Origin: Bugula neritina
Lineage: Eukaryota; Animalia; Bryozoa
DNA length: 64,000 nt
Assembly (NCBI GenBank): GCA_964035545.1
Contig: OZ037765.1
Coordinates: 2,914,001-2,978,000 of the forward strand
Direction of reading: 5' to 3'
Shown here: positions 1 to 16,160 of the stretch, in pieces
How the letters are laid out: the number at the start of each line of letters is the position of its first letter
Position numbering within the stretch: position 1 is the first letter of the stretch
Translations under genes and position numbers: made by a program
The notes under the pieces: generated by a model
Told to the model about the DNA's origin: nothing
Database searches by the model: none
What the model saw: the letters and a program-made list of their open reading frames with translations, nothing else

Positions 1-1508
1 AATACGGTTCTATCTGACTATTCACTATCATTAATCTCTACGAGGTAACTGAATTAGGAGTTGCCAAGCTGTTCAAGCTGACAACACGGCAGTGTACTGT
101 ACTAACACTGTTGAAACTTTTTCAGATTACACTCGACCCGCTACAACCAGGGTACGGGATAGAACACTTCCCGCTCCGTATCCGGAGGACCATGCTAGTG
201 GTGACCGGCCTGAGCCACTACGCCGCCGTTGGCGGTGGGTGTCTCCACAAACCGAAGAAGAAATAGAAACAGCCTGGGGGTCCAGAGGACGGACGAGATG
301 CCAGATCTGTGGTGAAGATTGCGCCTCTCACCGCTCCCTTAAACTACACGTCAATGCTCACCTCCTACTGACCTTCTGCCCCTGCGGGTACAATGATGTG
401 TATCCCTACCCCGTCACCAGACACAGAGCGGCGGGCTGTTTCCCTGGAGAAAACTATGTGGTCGACGCTAAGCTGTACCCGGAGTTCCTCACATATATAC
501 GACCTCTGGTAAAGAAGGCCATGCTATTAGCCGTTCTATCCTCGGGGTTCCAACGTGTGTTAGACAACGCCCGCCAACAATCCCCGTTGGTGTCTGACCG
601 CCCTCAAATTACATACACCCCCGAGGAAACTACATATCCAGAAGAAGGAGAGATCTCCCCTACCCCGGCGAAGAGACGGACCAGGTCCCCCAGTCCACCC
701 TTACGCCGCAGACGGACACCGTCCCCCGACCCGGTACGACTAGCCACAGTAGAAGAACGCCTCCTACGATTACAAGAAGAGTTCACCCAGCTGGCATCAG
801 ACCTACTTAACACTACAACAGGACTCTTCCAGCTCAAGGGATCCGTATGCCGTATGAAACGGAAACTGCGTACATGCCAAGCCAAGCACCGGCGTGCCCA
901 ACAAGGACTCTAGTATGCTACCCAGAATACTCCGCAACTCTCCATTTGGTGAGGAACCAAACTCGTGCAAATGCTTAACTGCTAGACAGGTTAATCCTTG
1001 TCTACTACCACAGCTAGCTAGTATTCCTCGTCTATCTACAGCTGGCCAATTGTATGCAACGGATCGTTACCATGACTCTGTCTATTATTGTGTCTCTTCC
1101 TGTATATTATGTATTATTTTTGTCCACTGATGTATACAATTACTATTGAATGTTTTTTTTTATATATATCAGAAAGATAGCTTTCTGCTGGTGTGGGCGG
1201 TGTGGTGGTTCGTGGAACTACCAGCAGCACAACGTGTAGGGTCGCGTAATTGACCCGGAACAATGGATAGCCAATTAGCGTAGTTGATAGTTAGCAGCAA
1301 TTGTAGCTTCCCGCTGCTAACGCAGTCGAAGCTAGAGTGTGAAATAGATTAGATGTGTAACTTGTTGGAAATAATGTATCGTGTTTTTATAATGTATAGT
1401 TGTGTATAAAATATACTCGTTCACTCGACTTAGCCTGGTGCAGTTCTATATACTAGATAAATAGACTCTCTGGATAGCATATCAACCCTAAATCTGAAAA
1501 ATATAACA
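1..1508 (+). mobile_element. 3' end of an LTR retrotransposon (probably Gypsy-like); putative 3' LTR 1201-1508
   Basis: G-rich PPT-like tract ggtgtgggcgg (1190-1200) is followed directly by TG (tgtggtgg...) and a ~308-bp segment ending ...aatataaCA at 1508. Hairpin cagaaag-atag-ctttctg lies just before the PPT. The 5' LTR and pol would be outside the window, so this is unconfirmed. Confidence 0.55.
92..913 (+). CDS. Retrotransposon 3' accessory ORF: C2H2 zinc finger, Arg/Ser/Pro-rich tract and C-terminal coiled coil (probably entered by splicing at 126)
   Basis: GC-richer open frame encoding CQICGEDCASHRSLKLHVNAH (C-x2-C-x12-H-x3-H), KRRTRSPSPPLRRRRTPSP and a heptad-like C-terminal helix. 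The listed start is GTG. Branch point TACTAAC (100-106) and acceptor ctttttcAG (AG 124-125) precede the body. Confidence 0.65.
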   Translation: MYCTNTVETFSDYTRPATTRVRDRTLPAPYPEDHASGDRPEPLRRRWRWVSPQTEEEIETAWGSRGRTRCQICGEDCASHRSLKLHVNAHLLLTFCPCGYNDVYPYPVTRHRAAGCFPGENYVVDAKLYPEFLTYIRPLVKKAMLLAVLSSGFQRVLDNARQQSPLVSDRPQITYTPEETTYPEEGEISPTPAKRRTRSPSPPLRRRRTPSPDPVRLATVEERLLRLQEEFTQLASDLLNTTTGLFQLKGSVCRMKRKLRTCQAKHRRAQQGL

Positions 1509-1861
1509 ATAGCACAACTAGTAGCTAATATAAATTGGGGGCGAAGTAGTTTTCTAGTTATAATGATCTTTGTTTAGTTTTTCAAATTCTATGTTCAGGT
1601 TTTTATATCTTGATTTATTTATAGAAAATTTTGATATAATTTGGAGCTCATTTATATTTGAATTCTTTGTTAACATAAAAAAATAATGATTTTAGTTTAG
1701 TCTGTCCATAAGCTCACTCTATCTATATCAGTTTATGACATTGATATTTACATGTTATAGTTTTTTTTACAGTTGTTGAACTACATAATTATTGTTTTGT
1801 ACTTTTCAATACAAATTTTGATTGCTAGTGTTGGTTGTAGATTTTTAGTTAGTGAAATATT

Positions 1862-6686
<4,825 letters not shown>

Positions 6687-7348
6687 CTTAAGTGCTTAAA
6701 AACCAATGATCTGATTTCACGCCTTATATACTTATGATGTTATTCAGGCAACAGTGAAATAAGCTGGTACATTGCTCAAATATTTGTTTAAGTTCTATTG
6801 AATATTGTTATTATATTTTTACAAGTTGAGCTGCATTCCTATCAAGTATGGCTAATTTACATATTTTTTCACTGTTTTGCTATTTTTATTAGAAACATAC
6901 ATGTGTATTTTCATATAAATTATTTTTATATAAAAATTGTACAGTATTTAATAAATGCATTTGTATAGAATAGTTTAATGTTACAGTATATAAACAATTA
7001 GCAAACTGCCTGATATCAATTATTAAAAAAACAATATCCGTTGTTTTATTATTTATAATAACTTGAAAGTCTATAACCAGTTGTGTTGAACTGATAGCGG
7101 AAACATTAACATATTGGTAATCTTAAAAAAACACTTCCTGATTATTTGACTGATATTGTATATATCAAAAGTTCAAATATACTGAGCTATTGAGAAAATT
7201 TTCCAGAACTTCATCTAGTCTTGATAAGGATTATAAATTATTGTAGTTCATGCTAAATAAATGCAATTAAACTCAGTAAAAATGGAAATATTTTTTGCTG
7301 CCATCTAGGAAACAATATGCCCACTACTTGATAACCACAATGCAAATA

Positions 7349-7524
7349 TCATGAATTTCCTAGTAGCTGATATTTAACAACATGTCTTTTGATAACAGTT
7401 TCTGGCATACAGTACACAGGGTTGACTTGTGCTATAGAAGTGTCTCCCAAAAGAGAGAGACCAGCCAAACCAAACAGAGTATGAAATGGATCCACCATAT
7501 CGCCGGGTCTATCAGCAAACCCTC
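7349..7524 (-). pseudogene. Duplicated fragment of the RABGGTB last exon (no splice acceptor)
   Basis: 176 bp nearly identical to 21504-21679; homology ends abruptly at ...agcaaaccctc|attagtaatt. Confidence 0.9.
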
Positions 7525-8198
7525 ATTAGTAATTCTATTGTAAGTTGGATAGCTAAAGTCAAAGTGCAGATAACTTTAATCAATAGTATTTCAAACTATT
7601 AATTTCAATAAAGTGATAGATGCTTTAAGTTTGCTGTCACATATGTTAAAAATCATAACATTGTAGAAAAAAACGAGCACAAATACACAGGTTGACTTGT
7701 ATTTTGGCATTCCTGTCTTTGTGCAAGCTTATCAATTTATGCAATATTAAGCAAATGTCACACACATGCAATAAGAGAAAGTTTTCGTTTTACTGATGAC
7801 TTTCTAAAATTCATTATATATAATACTGTATATAACATATGTGCGTGCATATATATGTTATTGGGAGCATTAAAATATAATTGTAAAAGCGTATAAGTAA
7901 AAATTGTGCATGGTTTTTATGTATACACACACAAATTGAAATAAAGCAACCCATGACATCATGTTATAGCAAGTAGTTTTTATTACACAAAACAAAATAA
8001 TCTCAGCATGCCTTTCCTACAGGCTACAGAATATGCATCTTTTAATTATTTACACCGTGTTTTGTCCAATTATATAAAGCTATATTATCTTCAATCACAA
8101 AAAATGATAATATTTTCATATAGCAGATAAGTGTATCCTTCTGTGATATGTAGATAGTTGGTTGTCATATTACAGGAGTTGTCAGCTTACATCTTTTA

Positions 8199-8238
8199 GT
8201 CACATGACGCTCACGTGACTGTAGCGCTATTTTAAAAC
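8199..8238 (+). promoter_or_regulatory. Paired M-box/CLEAR-type E-boxes and TATA-like element upstream of SLC15 copy 2
   Basis: GTCACATGAC (8199-8208) and TCACGTGAC (8211-8219), followed by tattttaaaa; conserved in unit 3. Confidence 0.55.
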
Positions 8239-8299
8239 ATCACTCTTGGACAATCTTTATAATAGTAATAATATTCAACCGGGTTTATTATATCTAAAG

Positions 8300-8590
8300 T
8301 ATTAGTAATACTAATACTATTAGTATTAGAGTATTACTGTTACCAGCTGATACTAATAATTTTAGTATTACTATTACTATCAGTATTACATTTAGTTCTA
8401 TCAGTTAAATTTTATGTAGGTGCTCTTGTGGTTTTAGTTTTACTAATACTAATAGTAATAGTAATACTATTCGCATCGCTATTACTATTACTATTAGTAT
8501 TACTATTAGTATTAGTATTACTATTACTATTAGTATTAGTATTGCTATTAGTAATAGTAATAATATTACTATTACTATTAGTATTACTAG
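8300..8590. repeat. Low-complexity (TAT/TAG/TAC)n tract
   Basis: tattagtattac-type degenerate trinucleotide repeat; related tract at ~15100-15690. Confidence 0.85.
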
Positions 8591-9049
8591 GTGTAAAATA
8601 CACTAACTTGAAACTAAGAGCACCACTGTACGTGTAAGTATCACTGTCAGTAAAACTAAATAGTAAAATACGTTTATTATTATTATTATAATTATCATAA
8701 TTAATAACATTAAATATCAATTAGCTTAAGACATTTTTACTGAAGATATATATTAGCACTCAGCTAGTCGTAATCATAGCTGCACTTGCGTAGTTGTCAT
8801 AATTCTTGCCATGTATTTAATTTATAATTATCACCCCAATCACAATGACAGCTATACTTTTGCTCATTGATCGTGGGTAAATTGAAATGAGAATGTGAGT
8901 GAGTAAGTTGCTATTGTAATCTTTGTGAACATTCCTGTGGCTATTAAAATAATTTCTTTTTACCAACCATTTAAAAAAGGTGTTTTGTAATTTTCAAAAC
9001 AAGTTTTGATTGCTAGTGTTGTTTGTAGATATTTAGTCAGTGGCATATT

Positions 9050-12000
9050 ATGGATTCAGGAGATGAAAGAGCTCCTCTGCTCCTTACCCGAACAGTTATT
9101 CAGCCCTCTACTCAGCACACTTTAGCTTGTGCGGCAGTCATTGCAGCCAACTTTTTTGAGAGACTTGCTTATTTCAGCATTGCTGGAAATTTAGTTTTCT
9201 TTCTAAGTAAAGAACCTTTGTGCTGGCCAATATCATTGGCTACAGTCACCATACTCGTATTAACAGCTATAACATATCACTTGGGTTTAATCAGTGGATG
9301 GCTCTCCGACAGCTATTTTGGCAGATACCGAACTATTTTAGCCGGTTACATTATCTACATATTGGGTTACGGTTTCTTTCTTTATGTTACTTATTATTCT
9401 CAACATCCTGCAACACCTGAGAATGTAACTGATGAGGGCACTTCCTGTAATTCGAAATGGGGAAGCTATGGAAAGCCCCCGGTTTGTGCAAAATCACACT
9501 GCTGGATAGTGTTGTATATAGGAGTCATATTGGTGGGGATCGGAGCTGGCACTGTTAGTACTAACCTGACATCATTTGGTGGTGACCAGGTGGGTTATGT
9601 TGACCTTGTATATTGGTCATCAGTTGGGTTGTGTGTAACTTTATATGGAAAATTAATTTTTATGGCTGTGTTTCATCTGTTTTGAAGTCATTTTAGGCTA
9701 TTGAGAGCATTAGATTAATCCTAAAAGCTTGATTTTGGCCAAGTGTAAATTATTGTTGCAATAATTTACTGTTGATATCCTTTTAGTCGGACCAATTTTC
9801 TGTTATATCAGGGTTTTCTATTTCCCTAAATATGAAGTTCTAGTAGATACAGAAGGTATGCATAATTACAGGTTTTGAACCAAGTTAGCTTATATATATG
9901 GGATTTTAGTACAAGGTATATTCCTACTATGCCATATCATAACGCTGTGCTCTTTCTAGTCTATTGCTGTCCATGTAGGCACGGAGCGGTGGCATCAAAT
10001 CTACCCATAGGTTTTTCACAGGATATTACTGGTCTATCAATATGGGTGCTCTTCTGGCACTAGTGGGCGTGGCTATCATTCAGGACGTAAACTATTTCAA
10101 TGGATTCATTGTGTCAGGATCTTCACTTATTCTCAGTTTTCTGTTATTTTTATTGGGTAAGTCTATAGTGTTGATCCATTCTATAGATAGCTAATTCTAC
10201 CTTGCTTGGTTATTTTCATGTTTTACACGGCTGGTTATTGACTTTTGTAGCTAATTAGGTTTATATCAAAGAAGTTTTATCATCAGATAGTATTTTCATT
10301 ATACTATATAGCATGTGTATATTGCTTCTTCAATTAGATGGGCATAAAACACCCAACAAGACTTTTTTGTACCTAAACTTAGGAAGGATGTTTTGCTAGC
10401 AGTAATAGCTTCTGTTTTATGTACTGAAATGGAATTAGTAATTTTTTATAACTTTTTTATTTGATTTGTCAATTTACTATTATGAATGTAAATATCGAAT
10501 GAAATTATCAAAATAACATGAGTGACTTGTTTTCGGAACCCTCTGTTCAACGTGTAGGTAGACTCAACTTCATGGAAACATCCTTCGCTATTGTGCATAT
10601 GGACCCACATCACTGACTTTTTTCTATTTTTCAACCTATGACATAAACTACTATTTGATGAAAATACAAACAAACAAACAAACAAACAATATTGCAAGTT
10701 ATTTTATTGATTTGGATTGCAGGTACAAAGCTGTACATTAGAAGACCAGCAGGTGCCATTAATATCTTCAAAATAGTATATCGTGTGATAAGCAACGCTT
10801 GCTATGTGAAAAGGAACTCCAGTATTCAGTAAGTTTTATTTTCTAACCATTTATAATGCATAATTATAGTAGTATTCTTTTTGTGTATTGATTTACATTT
10901 TCTATTATTTTCATTTGATGATGAACTGTAATATTTTGCAGCCTAATATTAACTGCGTAATTTTTTCAACATTTCGTAAAATATTAGCTTAGTCTGCGGA
11001 TATATTATTTGTAGGGATGATGGAACAGTTCACAATTTCTTAGACTATTCCAACATGGAACATGAAGGTGGAGAGTTTAATGTCAATCAAATTGAAGATG
11101 TCCGACGTCTTTGGAAATCGTGTAAAGTGTTTCTACTGACAATACCCTACTGGGTGTGCTACAGTCAGGTAGAGCAATGGTAGACTTGAACATAATTTTC
11201 TAGTTTATATACAAACCCAAAACTAATTAAAACTATAATACAAAATGAATATATTGATTTTAAAAGGCTCTCCAGTGTGTGGTTTTATTTTTCTCACATA
11301 CTGGCTTGCAGTGTTTTGCTAACTACACGTTTTCTCAACTTCTAACTTGCAATTTATTTTCTAATAACTGTTTCTCTTCATGTCTTTCTCCTGGTCTAGT
11401 TATTTGATGTTATCTTTGCAGATGGTTTTCAATCTTTTCCTTTTACAAGGACTGCATTTACGTGTGCGTTTTGACAATCAATCCAAATGCGTTTCAAACA
11501 GTCCAATCAAATCCCAGGGAGCTAGAGCCAATCTGTGTGACAACACCTCTCATATAAACTATACTGATGACAACGGAATTCCGGTGAGTCTAAAACTTGA
11601 AGTCCTACTTGATTGTAGCTTTTAATAGGATAATAATAATAACCTTACATATTTAGTTTTGTATTATCTTTTAAATGCTTTGCTATAGTTGAATACTTGT
11701 ATCATAATCCTGTGATCACATAATGTTTACATAGGAACATTGATTTTAAGTTGTGGTTTTTAAAACAAATGTTTTCGGATTGGATAGTATTTAGCATATA
11801 TATATTTTTTTAATAAATTGCTATAGTTTTTAGTAATATAGACACATATATAATATTTTAGATTATATAATATAATACTATTTCAGATTCCTCCAGCCTC
11901 TCTTGCTGCATTCAATGCCGTTTTCATAGTGCTGTTTCTTCCCTTGATACCAACGTGCTACAGGTTTCTCTCTAAGAGGGGAATTGAGGCCCTGACATGG

Positions 12001-13456
12001 CGCAGGTTGTGGCTGGGCATGCTTCTAGCATCTTTGGCTCTTTTAGCTGGCGGTTTACTCGAGTATTTCAGACGGGCAGACATTGCGAAATGTGGCCTTT
12101 TTCGTCAAGTTATTGGTGTGCAAGTATAACACTCCATGATTTGAGTAAATGACAAACAATTTTTAGTAAGAGTCATTAGAAGACTGAAATTCACCTGAAG
12201 TATAAAATTCATTTGAACATTAAAAATTTTAAAAAGTGTCTGCTGGATAAAGAATTTGACTTTTGCTGTACTTTGATATTGTAATGTTTAGGCAGTGTGC
12301 ACTATGTCGCTAGCTTTTACTTTACTTCTATTTGTTACTTACAAGTCAAGATATAATGAGGTTGGAACTGTCACTGAAATTATTTTCGTTATTGTTTGTA
12401 GGTGGTACATATTATGACGCCTCACCAAATTTATCCTTGTTGTGGCAAATACCTCAGTATTGTCTGGTGGGAGCTAGCGAAGTCTTCTTTGTTGTTACAG
12501 GTATGTTTCATATCTACTCAAGTGTAGCATATTTAACTCAAGAAATAGCTCATCCCCCTTTAGCTCATTATATACGTATCTCATTCCCTTAATTTATTAC
12601 CAGTGCCACCCCTGTGCTTATTACTAATGTCATCATCTTAGTCCATTACTTATGCCCCCATTTCAGTTCACTGCTACTTTCTAGTGTCTCCATAGTTCAA
12701 TACTGGTGCCCCCCCTCCCCCCCCCCCCGTAGTTAACTACTGCATCAATCTCATGATATGCATGCCTATTGAATTGGTGTTAGGCATCATGTAGCAATTG
12801 CTTTCCTTTCAAACTCAACCAAATCTCCAAGTTTTTTTATATATCAGGAAAAAAAGAATCCTTACGATCTAAAAAGATTATGCATTTCTGACGGCAATAA
12901 CCATGATAATAATATGGTGTGGTTTACAAGTATCTGTTCAGACTTCCACCAGAGCACAATTTTTGACATTGTGTAGCATAATCAAATATATTACAGATAT
13001 CAATAATTAAACACGTTATTTCTATAATTCAGAATAATAATTTCTTGTATTAGCTATTTAATATTTATTGCAGGTATTGAATACGCCTACATAGAGTCAC
13101 CTATCAACATGCAAGGCGTTGTTATGGGACTTTTCTGGCTTGCTAGCGGAATTGGGAATTTTATTGGTCTTACCCTGCCATATATATTTCAATATATTGG
13201 GGACATTTGGCAACCTAAAAAGTATATTAATTGTAGTAGAATTGACAAATATTTTTTCATACTAGCAATTTTTATGTTAATTTACTCCTTTATTTTTATC
13301 TGCATATCCAAATGTTGTGATCTTAGTTTGGACAGTGTTATTGTGGAAACGCATCAGAAACGCAACAATTCAGAACCCGAAAGCGCTTCTGCTACTCCTC
13401 AACTTGCACGTCGACGTGCTGTTCGGCCGGTTAATTTTGAATCTTCAGTCGAATAA
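9050..13456 (+). CDS. SLC15A4: SLC15A4-like POT/PTR family transporter, tandem copy 2 (8 coding exons)
   Basis: Same exon structure and motifs as copy 1 (ORF-track pieces 9050, 11380, 11929, 12332, 13109); no disabling lesion noticed. Confidence 0.9.
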
Positions 13457-14068
13457 CTTAAGTGTTTGAAAGTGAATAATATAATTTCACATCTTATAAG
13501 GTTATGATCTTATTCAGGCAACAGGGAATTAACCTGGTTCATTGCTCAAATATTTGTTTAAGTTCTATTGAATATTGTTATTATATTTTTCGAACTGCAT
13601 TCATATCTAGTATGGCTAATTTACATATTTTTTCACTGTTTTGCTATTTTTATTAGAAACATGCATGTATATTTTCATATAAAACGTTATTATATAAAAA
13701 CTGTACAATATTTTATAAATATAATGCATTTGTCTATTAACTATTAGCCTGATACTAGAAGCAATCTCCATTGTTTTTATTGTTTATAATAATAACTTGA
13801 TGCAGTCTAACAAGCTGTGTTAAACTGATTTTCATATCGGTTATCTCATGAAAACACTTCCTTATTATTTGACTGATATTGCATCTCAAAAGTTCAAATA
13901 TACTGAACTGTTGAGAAATTATTCAGCATTTTATCAAGTTTTGATAAGAATTATAAGTTACTGCAATTCATGCTACATAAATGCAGTTAAACTCAGTAAA
14001 AATGGCAAGATTTTTTGCTGCCAACCAGGAAAAAATATGCCCTCTACTTGACAGCCACAATGCCGATA

Positions 14069-14244
14069 TCATGAATTTCCTGGTAACTGATATTTAACAT
14101 CATGTCTTTTGATAACAGTTTCTGGCATACAGTACACAGGGTTGACTTGTGCTATAGAAATGTCTCCCAAAAGAGAGAGACCAGCCAAACCAAACAGAGT
14201 ATGAAATGGATCCACCATATCGCCGGGTTTATCAGCAAACCCTC
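14069..14244 (-). pseudogene. Second duplicated fragment of the RABGGTB last exon
   Basis: 176 bp nearly identical to 21504-21679, with the same truncation point as 7349-7524. Confidence 0.9.
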
Positions 14245-14979
14245 ATTAGTAATTCTATTGTAAGTTGGATAGCTAAAGTCAAAGTGCAGATAACTTTAAT
14301 CAATAGTATTTCAAATTATTAATTTCAATAAAGTGATAGATGCTTTAAGTTTGCTGTCACATGTGTTAAAAATCAAAACATTGTTAGAAAATACAAATAC
14401 ACAGGTTGACTTGTATTTTGGCATTTTTGTCTTTGTGCAAGCTTATCAATTTATGAAATCTAGCAAATGTCACACACAATAAGATAGAAAGTTTCCATTT
14501 TACTGATGACTTTCTAATATTCATTATAATATATAATATAATTATATTATATACTGTATATATAATATAATTATGTTCGTGCGTGTGTGTGTGTGTGTGT
14601 GTGTGCATATATATGTTATTGGGAGCATAATTAGAATATAATTGTAAAAGTGTATAGGTGAAAATAGTGCATGGTTTTTATGTATACACACACAAATTGA
14701 AATAAAGCAACCGGGGCCATGATATCCTGTTATAGTGATTAGTTTTGGTTACACAAAACAACATAATCTCAGCATGCCTTTCCTACAGGCTACAACACAT
14801 GCATCTTCTAATTATTTACACCATATTTTGTCCAATTATATAAAACTATATTATCTTCAATCACAAACAATGATAATATTTTCATATAACAGACACGTGT
14901 ACCCTTCTGTGATAGATTATAATAATATTATTTGCCATTTGGTTGTCATATTAAAGGAGTTGTCAGCTTCCATCTTTTA

Positions 14980-15018
14980 GTCACATGACGCCCACGTGAC
15001 TGAAGCGCTATTTAAAAA
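14980..15018 (+). promoter_or_regulatory. Paired M-box/E-box and TATA-like element upstream of SLC15 copy 3
   Basis: GTCACATGAC (14980-14989) and CCACGTGAC (14992-15000), then tatttaaaaa. Confidence 0.5.
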
Positions 15019-15506
15019 CATTACTCTCGCGCAATATTTATAATAATATTATTAAGATTCAACCGGGTTTATTATATCTAACCCAATAGGCAATAGCCTA
15101 GTAATACTAATACTAATAGTAATAGTATTACTAGTAGTATTACTATTACATTTACTGTAATACTAATAGTATTAGTAATAATAATATTAATAGTAATACT
15201 AATTACTAATAGTAACTAAATTTAAATAACTATAACTATAAGTATGAAGTTAAAGTATTAGTATAATATTTATAATTAAAATTCCGTTAATTAATTATTT
15301 TGAATGTTATTATAATTAATAACTCATGATAAAATGATGCTAAAAAACTGATAAAAAGCATAACAATTGAAACAGTAATCTATTAAATAGTATTAGTATT
15401 ACTATTGCTATTAGTATTACTATTGCTATTAGTATTACTATTAGTATTACTATTACTATTACTATTAGTATTACTATTAGTATTAGTATTACTATCATAG
15501 TAATAC

Positions 15507-15669
15507 TAATACTAATAGTAAAACTAAAACTACAGGAGTACATAAAATTTAAGTGATAAAACTAAATGAGTAAATGTAATACTAATAGTATTAGTATTAC
15601 ATTTACTCATTTAGTTTTATCACTTAAATTTTATGTACTCCTGTAGTTTTAGTTTTACTATTAGTATTA
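15507..15669. repeat. Perfect palindrome with 81-bp arms and a 1-nt spacer
   Basis: 15507-15587 is the reverse complement of 15589-15669. Confidence 0.92.
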
Positions 15670-16160
15670 CTATTACTATTAGTATTACTAGGTGTAACAG
15701 ACACTAACTTGAAACTAAGAGCGTCGCTGTAAGTGTAAGTATCACTATCAATAAAACCAAATACGTTTTTTATTATTATAATATTAATTAATTATTACCA
15801 TTAATTATCAATTATTATTAGCTTTAGGCATTTTCACTGAAGATCTATATTAGCACTCAGCTAGTGGTGATCATAGTTGCACTTGCATAATACTAATTGC
15901 CATAGTATTCATAGTTCTTGCCATGTATTTAATTTATAATTATCAACATAATCACAATGACAGCTATACTTTTGCTCATTGATCGTGGGTAAATTGGAAT
16001 GAGAATATGTGAGTGAGTAAGTTGTTATTGTCTTTGTAAACATTCCAGTGACTATTAAAATAATTTCTTTTCTGCAACCATTTGAAAAAGGTGTTTTTTA
16101 ATTTTCAAAACAAGTTTTGATTGCTAGTGTTGTTTGTAGATATTTAGTTAGTGGACTATT

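Noticed and set aside
680-730. RRRTPSP match to the hepadnavirus core C-terminal tail
   Set aside because: Short low-complexity Arg/Ser/Pro motif; the rest of the protein does not resemble a capsid.
7413-7700. Near-identical 17-18-mer tacacag(g)gttgacttgt in the RABGGTB fragment and in the adjacent repeat
   Set aside because: Not at the breakpoint and too short to distinguish from coincidence.
8412-8720. Leu/Val/Ile-rich and Asn/Ser/Thr-rich ORFs (also 15340-15543)
   Set aside because: Translations of degenerate trinucleotide repeats, not membrane proteins.
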